In this document: positions 30,140 to 40,050 of the stretch, one piece after another
How positions within the stretch are numbered: the stretch's first letter is position 1
How the letters are laid out: each line of letters starts with the position of its first letter
Origin: an uncultured delta proteobacterium
Lineage (GTDB): Bacteria; Myxococcota_A; Polyangia; Polyangiales; Polyangiaceae
Direction of reading: 5' to 3'
DNA length: 64,000 bases
Assembly: GCA_963782055.1 (NCBI GenBank)
Contig: CAWAIF010000003.1
Coordinates: 6,939,165-7,003,164 of the forward strand
The notes under the pieces: generated by a model
Told to the model about the DNA's origin: nothing
Seen by the model: only the letters and a program-made list of their open reading frames with translations
Databases searched by the model: none
Made by a program: the position numbers and the translations under genes

Positions 30140-31655
30140 GTGTCTGCTTAGCGGTGTCGCACACTGTGGGTCCATTCTTCGTTCCTGATGCGAGAAGTTC
30201 TTTCCATGGGACCTGATCGGGAGCATCCCGGATCACGTGACGCCCGAGCAGCGGATCCAGGAGCTGGAGCAGGAGAACGCCGCGCTTCGCGAAGAGCTGG
30301 CGAAGCTGCGCAAGGAGATCGAGGAGTGGAAGCGCGGGTTCCGGGAGCGCGGGAAGCGGCGGACGTCGCGTTCCGAGGGTCGGCGGGCGGCCTCGGGCAA
30401 GCCACGCGGCCGCAAGGCGGGGCATGTCGGATCGCGGCCCGCCGCACCGGCCCACGTCGACGACGAAGTCGTGCACGAGATGCCGGCGACGTGCAGCTGT
30501 GGCGGGGCAGTCGTGGCGACGGGCGAGACGGACAGCACAGTCGTCACCGACATCCCAGTGGTGCAGCCGCGGCAGACGCATCACGTGGCGCACGTCGGCA
30601 GCTGCGAGGTGTGCCACAAGCGCGTGGTCGCGAAGCTGCCGGGCGCGCCGGCCGCGGGCAAGAGCGTCGCCGCGGTGTCGTTCGGCCCCAACGTGCAGGC
30701 GATGGCGCTGGACCTGCGCTTCGAGCGCGACATGCCGCTGGGCAAGATCAGTGCGTTCCTCGGACAGTGGCTCGGCATCTCGATCACGACCGGCGGCCTG
30801 GCGCAGATGTTCGACCGATTGCGACGCCGCTCGGCGCCGAGCTACGACGAGCTGGTCGACGCGGTGCGCGCATCGCCCGTGGCGGGCCTCGACGAGAGCG
30901 GCCATCGACAGGACGGCGTGCCGGGTTGGATGTGGCTGATGCGCACCGACCGCGTCTCGGTCTTCCGCGCCGAGCTGTCGCGCGGCGCGTGGGTCGCCGA
31001 GTCGATGCTCGGCGCGAGCTTCAAAGGAGTCCTGTGCACCGACTTCTACGGCGTGTACACGAGTCACGACGGCTGGACCCACGCCTACTGCGGTGCGCAC
31101 ACCATCCGCGAGGCCAAGAAGATCGCCGAGCTCACCCCGTGCGCCGCGACCGAGGAGTTCCGCGACCGACTCATCGGCTTCTACGTCGCGGGCAAGCACG
31201 CCGCGGCGAGCGGCGATCCCGAGCAGCGCCGAGGCGCGCGCATCCGCCTCGGCCATCTCATCAGCAGCACCAACTTCGTGGAGTTCCCGGACATCGTCCG
31301 GCTGCAGGAGCGCCTCGACGAGCACAAGGTGGGGGTGACGCTCTTCATCGACCGCCCCGACGTCCCGGCCACGAACAACGCGACCGAACGCGACATCCGC
31401 GCCCACGGGCGGCACCGCGCGATGACCGGCGGAACGCGCTCGGCCGCCGGCAGCGCCACCCTGGCGCACTGGATGAGCATCACGCAGACGCGGCGCAAGT
31501 GCCAGCTCCCGCTTCGGGGCTTCGTCATCGGGCTGTACGAAAGTCACCTCCACGGCAAGCCGCCTCCGTCTGTCTTTGCCCACTAGCCGGCGAGTCCTCC
31601 GACGGTCGACGTCACGCCCGGGCCGCGGGCCGTCTTCCGGCCGCTAAGCAGAGAC
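30140..31655 (+). mobile_element. IS66-like insertion sequence, single-ORF type
   Basis: 15-bp terminal IRs GTGTCTGCTTAGCGG / GTCTCTGCTTAGCGG (14/15); no target duplication visible. Confidence 0.8.
30237..31586 (+). CDS. IS66 family transposase
   Basis: Leucine-zipper N-terminus, GRKAGH, zinc-finger cysteines, LDESG, LCTDFYGVY, CGAHTIR, TNNATERDIR. Confidence 0.9.
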   Translation: MTPEQRIQELEQENAALREELAKLRKEIEEWKRGFRERGKRRTSRSEGRRAASGKPRGRKAGHVGSRPAAPAHVDDEVVHEMPATCSCGGAVVATGETDSTVVTDIPVVQPRQTHHVAHVGSCEVCHKRVVAKLPGAPAAGKSVAAVSFGPNVQAMALDLRFERDMPLGKISAFLGQWLGISITTGGLAQMFDRLRRRSAPSYDELVDAVRASPVAGLDESGHRQDGVPGWMWLMRTDRVSVFRAELSRGAWVAESMLGASFKGVLCTDFYGVYTSHDGWTHAYCGAHTIREAKKIAELTPCAATEEFRDRLIGFYVAGKHAAASGDPEQRRGARIRLGHLISSTNFVEFPDIVRLQERLDEHKVGVTLFIDRPDVPATNNATERDIRAHGRHRAMTGGTRSAAGSATLAHWMSITQTRRKCQLPLRGFVIGLYESHLHGKPPPSVFAH

Positions 31656-31659
31656 TCAG

Positions 31660-32026
31660 CGAGAACTCCCCGTTTGCCTGCATGCTGCGCACCGGCGGAG
31701 GCGTCGCGTGCTGGGGCTACAACGCCAACGGCGAGCTGGGCGACGGCACCTTCGATCAGTCGGACGTGCCCGTCGCCGTCTCCGGCCTCGCCGACGCGAT
31801 CGCCATCGCGGAGGGACAGTACCGCACCTGCGCGGTGCGCTCGGGCGGCGGCGTCGTGTGCTGGGGGAACAACGCGCCGCTGCCGGTCGCGCTGCCCGGA
31901 GTGACCAGCGCGGTCGGCGTCGCGCTGGGCGATGGCTTCGGCTGCGTGGTCAACCAGGACGGCACCGTCCTGTGCTGGGGGGACGACACACTGGGGGAAC
32001 TGGGAGACCGCGGGAGCGCCGCGTGA
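31660..32026 (+). pseudogene. RCC1-repeat protein fragment beside the IS66 end
   Basis: VACWGYNANGELGDG, VVCWG, VLCWGDDTLGELG; no start. Confidence 0.75.
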
Positions 32027-32243
32027 AGGCGACGTAGATCGCCGCGAGCGTCCCTACCAGGCGGCGCCGGCTCCGGTATCCGGGTTCGATTGATCTGACG
32101 GTGGCGCGGGGGACGCCGGCGGCGACGGCGGGTGAACGCCCCCTGGAGGTGGCCAGGTCGCAGGCATCCACGTGCACCTGGGCGACCCTGGCGCCTGCTC
32201 CTGCCCGGCAGCCCGAGAGCTCTGGACATGCTACCGTTTGCGC

Positions 32244-32399
32244 ATGGAGAACCTGCACGGACGCCCGAGCAAGAGCGCCGATGCGGCGAGGCGTCGTGAG
32301 CGCGAGCGCATCGCGGCGATGACGCCCATGCAGCGGGCTCTGCGCGCGCTCGAGCTCGGCGAGCGGCGCAGGTACCTCCTCTCTCTCGTTCGAAGATGA
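32244..32399 (+). CDS. Small putative antitoxin, pair 4
   Basis: AMTPMQRALRALELG; ATGA overlap with the NTase. Confidence 0.7.
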   Translation: MENLHGRPSKSADAARRRERERIAAMTPMQRALRALELGERRRYLLSLVRR

Positions 32400-32956
32400 C
32401 GACGCGCGCGGAGCGCACGATGCAGGTCGCCGCCGACGTCGCGGGGGTGCTCGCGAAGCACGGCGTTGCGTGTGCGGTGATCGGCGCCATCGCCGTGGCC
32501 GTCCACGGTTACGTTCGCGACACCGAGGACTTCGACCTCGCGACCGCCACCGATCCCTTTCGCGTCCTGCCTGCCGTGGAGCGCGAGCTCGCGGCGCGTT
32601 ACGCGGTCGAGCTCGTGACGCCCGACGCCGAGGACCCCCTCGGCGGATGCCTGAACGTGACAGGCGACGACTTCGATCCGCTCCAGATCGTGAACTTCGA
32701 CAACCCACTTCGCCCGGGCGCGGGAGCCCCCGGCCGCGCAGCCGTCGAGACCGCGACTCCAAACCTGCTCGGTCCGCTGGCCGTGGTCGACCTGCCCCAT
32801 CTCATCGCGCTCAAGCTCTACGCAGGTGGTCGCAAGAGCGAGATGGACGTCCTCGAGCTCGTCGATCGCAATCCGACGCTCGATCGCGTCGAGCTCGCGC
32901 GGCTTTGCGGTGCGCTCGGCCTCGAAGCGGAGCTCCGTCGCGTGCTCGGAGCATGA
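32396..32956 (+). CDS. Nucleotidyltransferase (MenT1-like), pair 4
   Basis: VIGAIAVAVHGYVRDTEDFD...LIALKLYAGG.K...D. Confidence 0.85.
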   Translation: MTTRAERTMQVAADVAGVLAKHGVACAVIGAIAVAVHGYVRDTEDFDLATATDPFRVLPAVERELAARYAVELVTPDAEDPLGGCLNVTGDDFDPLQIVNFDNPLRPGAGAPGRAAVETATPNLLGPLAVVDLPHLIALKLYAGGRKSEMDVLELVDRNPTLDRVELARLCGALGLEAELRRVLGA

Positions 32957-33035
32957 CCGACGCGGCGCAGTAGTCCTCAGAACCGCAGCGACAGCGCCGC
33001 GTCGCGCGGGCGGTGATGCGGGGCTCAGGCACCGG

Positions 33036-33182
33036 GACCGGCGCGTCGAGGTCTGGACGCGCGACGGGGTGGAGTGGACGCGAGCGATCACCGAGGACGG
33101 GCAGACCGCCGAGCTCACCTCCATCCGCGCGAAGGTGGACGTCCGCGAGCTGTACGACGCCGCGGCGGAGCCGGGGCAGTAG
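33036..33182 (+). pseudogene. Uma2 C-terminal remnant, paralogous to 24581-24727
   Basis: DRRVEVWTRDG.EWTRAI.EDGQTAELTSI.AK.DVRELY is nearly identical at the DNA level. Confidence 0.85.
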
Positions 33183-33239
33183 CGTAGCGCGCGCGGAAGG
33201 CCGGCCGCGACGAGCCCTGCCCGGCGTTCGCCGGAAGGC

Positions 33240-33836
33240 TCACTCCCCTTCGCGTGGCGGCAGCGACTGCCACAGCAGCGCGAGATCGAGCTCCACGGCG
33301 TCGAAGGGCTCCGCGCGCACGCGCACGTCGCCGTGCCAGGTCTTGATCATGCGCCACGTATCTCCGTCCAGCCGGAAGACCTCCAGCGTGCGCACGAGCG
33401 GGTCGACCAGCCACGCGTGCGCCACCTTCTCGCGAGCGTAGATGGTCATCTTCTCGTCGCGGTCGACGGCCTCGGTCGACGGCGAGAGGATCTCCGCCAC
33501 CCAGTCGGGGGCGAGCGTGGTGAAGGCCTGTGCCGGCACGACCGCCATCCGTGTGCGTCTCCAGCCGGCGAGATCGGGTACGACGACGTCCGGCTCCTTC
33601 GCGTCCCCCAGGTGAAGCTCCGGCTCGTCCAGGATGATCCAGCCGCCCGGGCCTCCGCGGCCGTGATGGAACGGACCACGGAGCTCTCCGCCCATGCCCG
33701 ACGCGACCTCCGCGTGTGGCAGCGCCGGGCGCGGGTGAGCGTGCAGGACGCCGAAGAGGATCTCCCCGACGTAGTGGCTCGGGAGCGCCTCGATGTCTGC
33801 GTAGGTCGCGCGGCGGGCAGGAGAGCGGGCTGCCAT
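33240..33836 (-). CDS. Uma2 family endonuclease
   Basis: ATYADIEALP, GPGGWIILDEPELHL, VPDLAGWRR, PDWVAEILSPST. Confidence 0.9.
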   Translation of the reverse strand: MAARSPARRATYADIEALPSHYVGEILFGVLHAHPRPALPHAEVASGMGGELRGPFHHGRGGPGGWIILDEPELHLGDAKEPDVVVPDLAGWRRTRMAVVPAQAFTTLAPDWVAEILSPSTEAVDRDEKMTIYAREKVAHAWLVDPLVRTLEVFRLDGDTWRMIKTWHGDVRVRAEPFDAVELDLALLWQSLPPREGE

Positions 33837-34084
33837 GCGGGCAGTATAGGCCCGCCGACCCGCTGCCGCCGCGTTTCCGGGCTCGCCGCCGGCACCACCA
33901 GGCCGGGCGCTGCGGCCTCCAGCGCCACCACCACGTGCAGAAGAGGAGCGCGACGATGCAGCGATACGACGGCTCGCGTCGGGCCGGCGGTGATGCGAGG
34001 CTCTTGCGCGGCGCAGGTCGCCGCGCGGCGATCTGGAGATCCGCCGCGGCACGCGCGCCAGGTGCGCGCTAGCATGAGATCGCG

Positions 34085-34696
34085 ATGCCCCCCGACGCGA
34101 CGCCCTCGCACCCCCTCTCCGACCGCTTCGCCGAGGCGCTCGCCTACGCCGCGACGCTCCACCGCACGCAGGCGCGCAAGGGGACGCCGGTCCCGTACGT
34201 CGCGCACCTGCTCGCCGTCGCCGGGCTGGTGCTGGAGTACGGCGGCAGCGAGGAGCAGGCCATCGGGGGGCTCCTGCACGACGCGCTGGAGGATCAGGGT
34301 ATCGAGCACGCCGCGGAGATCCGGCGGCGGTTCGGCGACGCGGTGCTCGCCGTGGTGGAGGGCTGCTCCGAGGTGCGCGCCCCGGAGGGCGCGCCGAAGC
34401 CCGACTGGCGAACACGCAAGGAGGCGTACATCGCGCACGTGCGAGAGGAGCCCGCGGCGATCAAGCTGGTGTCCGCGGCGGACAAGGTGCACAACGCGCG
34501 CACGCTGGTGGCCGACTATCGCGTGCTCGGCGAGGAGCTCTGGACGCGCTTCAAGGGCGGCCGCGAGGGTACGCTCTGGTACTACCGCGAGATGGTGGTG
34601 GCGCTCCGGGAGGGCGAGCAGACCGACGGGCTGATGCGTCTGGTCGACGAGCTGGGGCGCGTCGTGGAGCAGCTGGAGGCGCTCGCGGGGGAGTGA
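34085..34696 (+). CDS. HD-domain (SpoT/Mesh1-like) hydrolase
   Basis: H..Q.RKG..VPYVAH, LLHDALED, ADKVHN. Confidence 0.88.
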   Translation: MPPDATPSHPLSDRFAEALAYAATLHRTQARKGTPVPYVAHLLAVAGLVLEYGGSEEQAIGGLLHDALEDQGIEHAAEIRRRFGDAVLAVVEGCSEVRAPEGAPKPDWRTRKEAYIAHVREEPAAIKLVSAADKVHNARTLVADYRVLGEELWTRFKGGREGTLWYYREMVVALREGEQTDGLMRLVDELGRVVEQLEALAGE

Positions 34697-34716
34697 CTCG
34701 TGACCTCGGGGGCAGC

Positions 34717-35133
34717 TCAGCTCGAGGGCAGCCCGAGCCGCTTGCGCAGGTGCTCCACCGAGTCTCGCCACTCGCTCTCCCCGGAGTCGTCCCAGAGCTC
34801 GCGCAGCTCCGAGTCGGGGCCCAGGATCCGGTCGATCGCCGCCGACGCGCGCCGCAGGAGCGCGAGCGGGGGCTCGATCGCGTTCGCCGCCACCCACTCG
34901 TCGACCTTCTCGGTGTAGCTGTTCTCGTAGCCGGCGTTGCCCTGACAGCGGGCCAGCACCTCGCAGGCGGCCAGCGCGCAGCACGCGATGTCCTGATCGA
35001 GGTACGCGCCTCCGACCTCTTCGAGCTCTTCGAACGCCTCCTCGACGAGCGACAGGTCGTCGGTGTCCTCGAGGCCGTAGGCCCAGTCGTTGGCGGTGTC
35101 GTTGTCGAAGGCGAGATGTCCCCAGGCGCCCAT
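34717..35133 (-). CDS. DUF4259 domain protein
   Basis: MGAWG..AFDND.A.DW...SELRELW. Confidence 0.85.
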   Translation of the reverse strand: MGAWGHLAFDNDTANDWAYGLEDTDDLSLVEEAFEELEEVGGAYLDQDIACCALAACEVLARCQGNAGYENSYTEKVDEWVAANAIEPPLALLRRASAAIDRILGPDSELRELWDDSGESEWRDSVEHLRKRLGLPSS

Positions 35134-35209
35134 GGCGTGCTCCTTGGTCGCAGCGTCCGGGCGCAAGCTAGCACGCGCGCGGGGAACGCTGGTCACTCCT
35201 GACCTTCAT

Positions 35210-35495
35210 CGCGCCCGCGCCCGCCCCCGCGCACGCGCACGCCCCCCCCCGCGCACGCGCCCGCGCCCGCCCCCGCGCTCGCCCCCCGCTCGGCCCCCGC
35301 GCACGCGCGCTCGCCCGCCCCCGCGCCCGCGCCCGCCCCTGCGCCCGCGCTCGCCCCCGCGCTCGCGCCCGCCCCCGCGCCCGCGCCCGCCCCCGCGCAC
35401 GCGCTCGCCCCCGCGCCCGCGCCCGCCCCCGCGCCCGCCCCCGCGCGCTCGCCCGCCCCCGCGCACGCGCGCTCGCCCGCGCCCACCCCCGCGCG
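35210..35495. repeat. GC microsatellite tract 1 (6-bp units CCCCGC/GCCCGC/GCACGC/GCTCGC)
   Basis: Direct inspection; strongly C-rich on +, G-rich on -. Confidence 0.9.
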
Positions 35496-35542
35496 AGGGC
35501 CTGGCGGGAGCCGGCGCATCGACGACCGGCCCCCGCGTCCCC

Positions 35543-35866
35543 TCAGTGGCCACCGACGAGCCGCACCAGCGTGGAGAGCACGTGATCGAGCCGATCACTC
35601 AGCCCGTCATCGAGCGCCGGCAAGTACCCGAGCGCCGTCGCGACCTCGAAGCACGCCAGCACCTCCCGCAGTGATCCCAGCGCGGTGTGATACCGCGCCC
35701 CCCGGTTCTTCCCTCTCGAGTACATCCCCTCGGCCACGTTGAGCGGCGCGCTCGCCAGCGCGCGCCGGCACTGCCGGGCAAGATCCGGATCATGCCTCTC
35801 GAGCTGCCGCACCAACGGTGCAAGAGACCGGACCAGCTCGAGCAGCACGGGATAGATACGAAGCAT
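35543..35866 (-). CDS. Four helix bundle protein (23S rRNA-IVP/bAvd-like), copy 1
   Basis: DLARQCRRALASAPLNVAEG...ALGSLREV; GGAG SD before MLRIY. Confidence 0.88.
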   Translation of the reverse strand: MLRIYPVLLELVRSLAPLVRQLERHDPDLARQCRRALASAPLNVAEGMYSRGKNRGARYHTALGSLREVLACFEVATALGYLPALDDGLSDRLDHVLSTLVRLVGGH

Positions 35867-36284
35867 CGCCAACTCCATGTTCGCGCCCGCGCACCCTGCG
35901 CGGGGGCACCCGCCCAGCCCCGTCGCGCGCAGGAGCTGTCGAGGCTGCGAGCGCAGCGAGCACCGCCCGGAGCCGCGCGCAGGGCGCGAAGCGCCCGAGC
36001 ACGGCGAGGACGGCCCCGGCCTCGACAGCTCCGAGCACGGCGGGAGAATCACCCCCCCGAGCGAGCTCCCAACTCCCCCCGCGCCCGCCCCCGCGCACAC
36101 GCGCTCGCCCCCGCGCCCGCGCCCGCCCCCGCGCCCGCGCCCGCCCCCGCGCACGCGCTCGCCCCCGCGCCCGCGCCCGCCCCCGCGCGCTCGCCCGCCC
36201 CCGCGCACGCGCGCTCGCCCGCGCCCACCCCCGCGCGAGGGCCTGGCGGGAGCCGGCGCATCGACGACCGGCCCCCGCGTCCCC

Positions 36285-36608
36285 TCAGTGGCCACCGACG
36301 AGCCGCACCAGCGTGGAGAGCACGTGATCGAGCCGATCACTCAGCCCGTCATCGAGCGCCGGCAAGTACCCGAGCGCCGTCGCGACCTCGAAGCACGCCA
36401 GCACCTCCCGCAGTGATCCCAGCGCGGTGTGATACCGCGCCCCCCGGTTCTTCCCTCTCGAGTACATCCCCTCGGCCACGTTGAGCGGCGCGCTCGCCAG
36501 CGCGCGCCGGCACTGCCGGGCAAGATCCGGATCATGCCTCTCGAGCTGCCGCACCAACGGTGCAAGAGACCGGACCAGCTCGAGCAGCACGGGATAGATA
36601 CGAAGCAT
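36285..36608 (-). CDS. Four helix bundle protein, copy 2
   Basis: Identical translation to copy 1. Confidence 0.88.
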   Translation of the reverse strand: MLRIYPVLLELVRSLAPLVRQLERHDPDLARQCRRALASAPLNVAEGMYSRGKNRGARYHTALGSLREVLACFEVATALGYLPALDDGLSDRLDHVLSTLVRLVGGH

Positions 36609-36951
36609 CGCCAACTCCATGTTCGCGCCCGCGCACCCTGCGCGGGGGCACCCGCCCAGCCCCGTCGCGCGCAGGAGCTGTCGAGGCTGCGAGCGCAGCG
36701 AGCACCGCCCGGAGCCGCGCGCAGGGCGCGAAGCGCCCGAGCACGGCGAGGACGGCCCCGGCCTCGACAGCTCCGAGCACGGCGGGAGAATCACCCCCCC
36801 GAGCGAGCTCCCAACTCCCCCCGCCCCCGCGCACGCGCCCGCGCACGCGCTCGCCCCCGCGCACGCGCTCGCCCCCGCGCACGCGCTCGCGCCCCCTCTG
36901 ACGCCGGAGCGACCCGAGAGCACAAAGAAGAGGTGTGGTAGTCCTCCCCCC

Positions 36952-37644
36952 ATGCGCCCGCGCCCGAAGGCCGTCGTCTCCTGGAGCAGCGGCAAGGACT
37001 CCGCCCTCGCCCTCCACGAGGCGCGCCGCTCCGGGGAGGTCGAGATCGCCGGCATCCTGACGACGGTGACCACCGAGTTCGGCCGCGTGTCCATGCACGG
37101 CGTCCGCGAGGAGCTGCTCGACCGGCAAGCCGAGGCGCTCGGCCTGCGCTGCTGGAAGGTCCCCATCCCCTCGCCGTGCCCCAACGAGGTCTACGAGCGC
37201 GCGATGGCCCGCGTGCTCGGGGAGCTGCGGCCGCTCGGGGTGAGCGCCGTCGTCTTCGGCGATCTCTTCCTGGAGGACCTGCGCCGCTGGCGCGAGGCGA
37301 AGCTCGCCGAGGTCGGTATGGCCGGCGTCTTCCCGCTGTGGGCGCGCGAGACGGGCGCGCTCGCGCGCGAGATGATCGCGATGGGCCTGCGCGCGACCCT
37401 GACGTGCGTCGATCCGCGCAAGCTCGACCGGTCCTTCGCCGGCCGCCCCTTCGACGCCTCCCTCCTCGCAGATCTCCCGCCGGGCGTGGACCCGTGCGGA
37501 GAGAACGGGGAGTTTCACACCTTCGCGTCGGCGGGGCCGATGTTCCGCGCGCCCATCGAGGTGCGCGTGGGCGAGGTGGTGGAGCGCGACGGCTTCGTCT
37601 TCGCCGACGTGCTACCCGCCGCAGCGCCGCTCCTCAGAACCTGA
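36952..37644 (+). CDS. Adenine nucleotide alpha hydrolase (Dph6/DUF71-like ATP pyrophosphatase)
   Basis: SWSSGKDS, VFGDLFL, DPCGENGEFHT. Confidence 0.9.
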   Translation: MRPRPKAVVSWSSGKDSALALHEARRSGEVEIAGILTTVTTEFGRVSMHGVREELLDRQAEALGLRCWKVPIPSPCPNEVYERAMARVLGELRPLGVSAVVFGDLFLEDLRRWREAKLAEVGMAGVFPLWARETGALAREMIAMGLRATLTCVDPRKLDRSFAGRPFDASLLADLPPGVDPCGENGEFHTFASAGPMFRAPIEVRVGEVVERDGFVFADVLPAAAPLLRT

Positions 37645-37984
37645 GCGACAGCGACGCGCCGCCGCCGGCGGGGACCGGGAGCGAGCCGAGGGTGACGCGG
37701 GAGACGTGCTCGTCGTGCTGCAGCACGAGCACGATGCCGACGGGGAGGCTGACGGCGGTGATGATGGCGCCGGCCGCGCTCCAGCCCCAGCTGTTCCCGG
37801 CGCAGCCGCTGTCGCTGCAGCTGCCTTGCAGGAAGATCAGGCCGACGAGGCCCATCGTCGTCGCGGCGGAGGCGACGCCGATCGTCACCCACCCCGCCGC
37901 ACGGTACCCCGCGCGACTGGCGACGACGTCGTCGCGCCCGGTCTCCTGGGCCTGCGCCGCGGCGCGGCGTCGCAAACCGCCCAC
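37634..37984 (-). CDS. Hypothetical membrane protein, possibly a fragment
   Basis: Two TM segments; C-terminal GGGASLSLRF. Confidence 0.4.
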   Translation of the reverse strand: MGGLRRRAAAQAQETGRDDVVASRAGYRAAGWVTIGVASAATTMGLVGLIFLQGSCSDSGCAGNSWGWSAAGAIITAVSLPVGIVLVLQHDEHVSRVTLGSLPVPAGGGASLSLRF

Positions 37985-38346
37985 CTCCGCTCACCTGATG
38001 CACGCGCAGGTGCCGCCCAGCAGTCGGTGTCGTCCGCGGCGCCGGCGCCGGACCCGGAGAGGTAGCAGCCGCTGGCGCCGCCGCCGTCGGACGAGGTGCC
38101 GCCGTCGGTGCTCGAGGCGTCGCCGGTCGCGCCCGCGTCGCCCGCGTCGACATCGGGCGGCGTGGCGGCGGTGGAGCACGCGCACGCGGCCGCGAGGGTC
38201 ACGACCAGCGCCGGTCGCAGGGGATGGGTGTGCCGGATATTCACAGTATGCGAGCACCAGCCTAGACGAATTGACCACGAGCGGGCGGCAAACTGACCAT
38301 GGTGACGTACACCGCGTGGCCTCACACTCTCCTCGGAGGTGAAGTC

Positions 38347-39549
38347 ATGCGAGCTCTTCGATGGATCTCCAGCGTCGCGCCGGCGCTCCTCGTCACCGCG
38401 TGCATGTCCTTCGACTTCAGCGGCGGGTCCTCGTCGTCCTCCGGGTGCGAGCCCGCCCCCGCGTGCCCCGACGCGCTCCACGCCTCCGGCATGCTGGATC
38501 ACGCCGGCGCGTGCGACTACGCGTGCGATCCCGGCTGGGCCGCGTGCGGGAAGAAGGTGCCGGCGGCGGACGGCTGCGATCAGGACGTCTCCCACGACGA
38601 CGACAACTGCGGCGGGTGCGGGCTGTCGTGCGCGGCGGGGCTGCACTGCAACGCCGGCTCGTGCCAGGCGGTGACGGACATCGACGAGGCGCTCAACGTG
38701 CGCGACATCGCGCTGCGCGGCGGGCACGTGATCCTCGCCGGCGACACGCTGCTGGACGTCGCCCCCGATCACACCGTCACCCGGCCCACGCAGACCCTCG
38801 CGTCCGCAGCCGTCGCCGACGTGGCCGGCGTCTACTGGGTCGACGGCGCCCATGGCAGCGTGCCGATCGACGACACCGACATCCGCTCCCTCGCCTTCGG
38901 GCAGCCGGAGCGCGTCCTCGCCACCGGCAAGCCGATCGCGCAGCTCGCGGAGAGCCCGGCGGACCTCTACTGGATGGACTGGGACGGCGACAAGCAGATC
39001 ACCATCCGGCGTACGCCGAAGATCGGCGGGACGACCGAGCCGGTGGCGACGATGGGGCTCACCGTTTGCTTCTGGGGCTCCTCGTGTGATGCCGACGCGT
39101 CGAGCTACTACCTGCTCGACGGCCGGGAGATGGACGTGGGCGGCGGCTACCTCTACTTCGCCGACATCGAGGCGAGCGCCATCCGGCGGCAGCCGATCGA
39201 CGGCGGCCCCGTCGAGACGGTGGTCACCGGCGTGCGGCCCGACACCCTGCACGCCGCGAGCGACGGCCTCTACTACGCCACCGACCACGCGCTGATGCGC
39301 TGGCGCGAGGGCGACGCGGCGCCGGAGCACCTCGTCGACGCCACGGTGAGCGCCATCACCTCCGACGACGGCGCCTTCTACTACGCGAGCACCGACTGGG
39401 TGATCCACCGCCGCTACAAGGACTCCCTCCGCGAGACGGCGCTCGCGGGGAGGCAGCAGGGAGTCATCGACATGGCGGTCGACGGCGACACGGTCTACTG
39501 GGTGACCCGCAAGCTGCTCCGCGGCGCCTCGACGCGATTGAACCAGTAG
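38347..39549 (+). CDS. Cys-rich lipoprotein with beta-propeller repeats
   Basis: Lipobox VTAC; NCGGCG..C motif; repeated VYW/LYW/LYF blades. Confidence 0.82.
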   Translation: MRALRWISSVAPALLVTACMSFDFSGGSSSSSGCEPAPACPDALHASGMLDHAGACDYACDPGWAACGKKVPAADGCDQDVSHDDDNCGGCGLSCAAGLHCNAGSCQAVTDIDEALNVRDIALRGGHVILAGDTLLDVAPDHTVTRPTQTLASAAVADVAGVYWVDGAHGSVPIDDTDIRSLAFGQPERVLATGKPIAQLAESPADLYWMDWDGDKQITIRRTPKIGGTTEPVATMGLTVCFWGSSCDADASSYYLLDGREMDVGGGYLYFADIEASAIRRQPIDGGPVETVVTGVRPDTLHAASDGLYYATDHALMRWREGDAAPEHLVDATVSAITSDDGAFYYASTDWVIHRRYKDSLRETALAGRQQGVIDMAVDGDTVYWVTRKLLRGASTRLNQ

Positions 39550-39591
39550 GTCGCCATGGGGCCCGCACCGGTGCGCTAAGCTGGGCGTGCG

Positions 39592-40050
39592 ATGCCCGTC
39601 ATCGAGCTATGCACCGTCATCCGCGCGCCCGTCGAGCGCGTCTTCGACCTCGCGCGGAGCATCGACGTGCACGTCGCCTCCACCGCGCGTACCGGGGAGA
39701 GCGCGGTGGGTGGGGTGACGCGCGGGCTCATCGGGCCGGGCGAGGAGGTCACCTGGCGCGCGAAGCACCTGGGAGTGTGGCAGACGCTCACCTCGCGCGT
39801 CACCCGCTACGAGCGGCCGCGCCACTTTCGCGACACGATGGTGCGCGGCGCCTTCCGCCGCTTCGACCACGATCACCTCTTCGAGCCGTGCGCGGAGGGC
39901 ACGCGCATGGTGGACCGCTTCGACTACGACGCGCCCCTCGGGCCGCTGGGCCGCGTCGCCGAGCGGCTCTTTCTCACCCGCTACCTGGAGCGCTTCCTGC
40001 GCGAGCGCAACGACACCATCCGCCGCGCGGCGGAGTCGCCGATGGGGTAG
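39592..40050 (+). CDS. SRPBCC family protein
   Basis: VFDLARSID.H, VTWRAKHLG, F.D.MVRGAF..F.HDH.F. Confidence 0.88.
   Translation: MPVIELCTVIRAPVERVFDLARSIDVHVASTARTGESAVGGVTRGLIGPGEEVTWRAKHLGVWQTLTSRVTRYERPRHFRDTMVRGAFRRFDHDHLFEPCAEGTRMVDRFDYDAPLGPLGRVAERLFLTRYLERFLRERNDTIRRAAESPMG

Larger units (their letters stand above)
35430..36824. repeat. Tandem duplication with 742-bp offset (four-helix-bundle cassette)
   Basis: 35481 matches 36223 and 36061 matches 36803; the copies look identical by eye. Confidence 0.9.

Noticed and set aside
24581..33182. Uma2 3'-end duplicate as a DGR template/variable repeat
   Set aside because: Mismatches are mostly C/G changes, not adenine-specific; better explained as a paralogue remnant.
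35090..36416. Pro/Arg- or Gly/Ala-rich ORFs across the GC tracts
   Set aside because: Products of stop-free microsatellite sequence in several frames.
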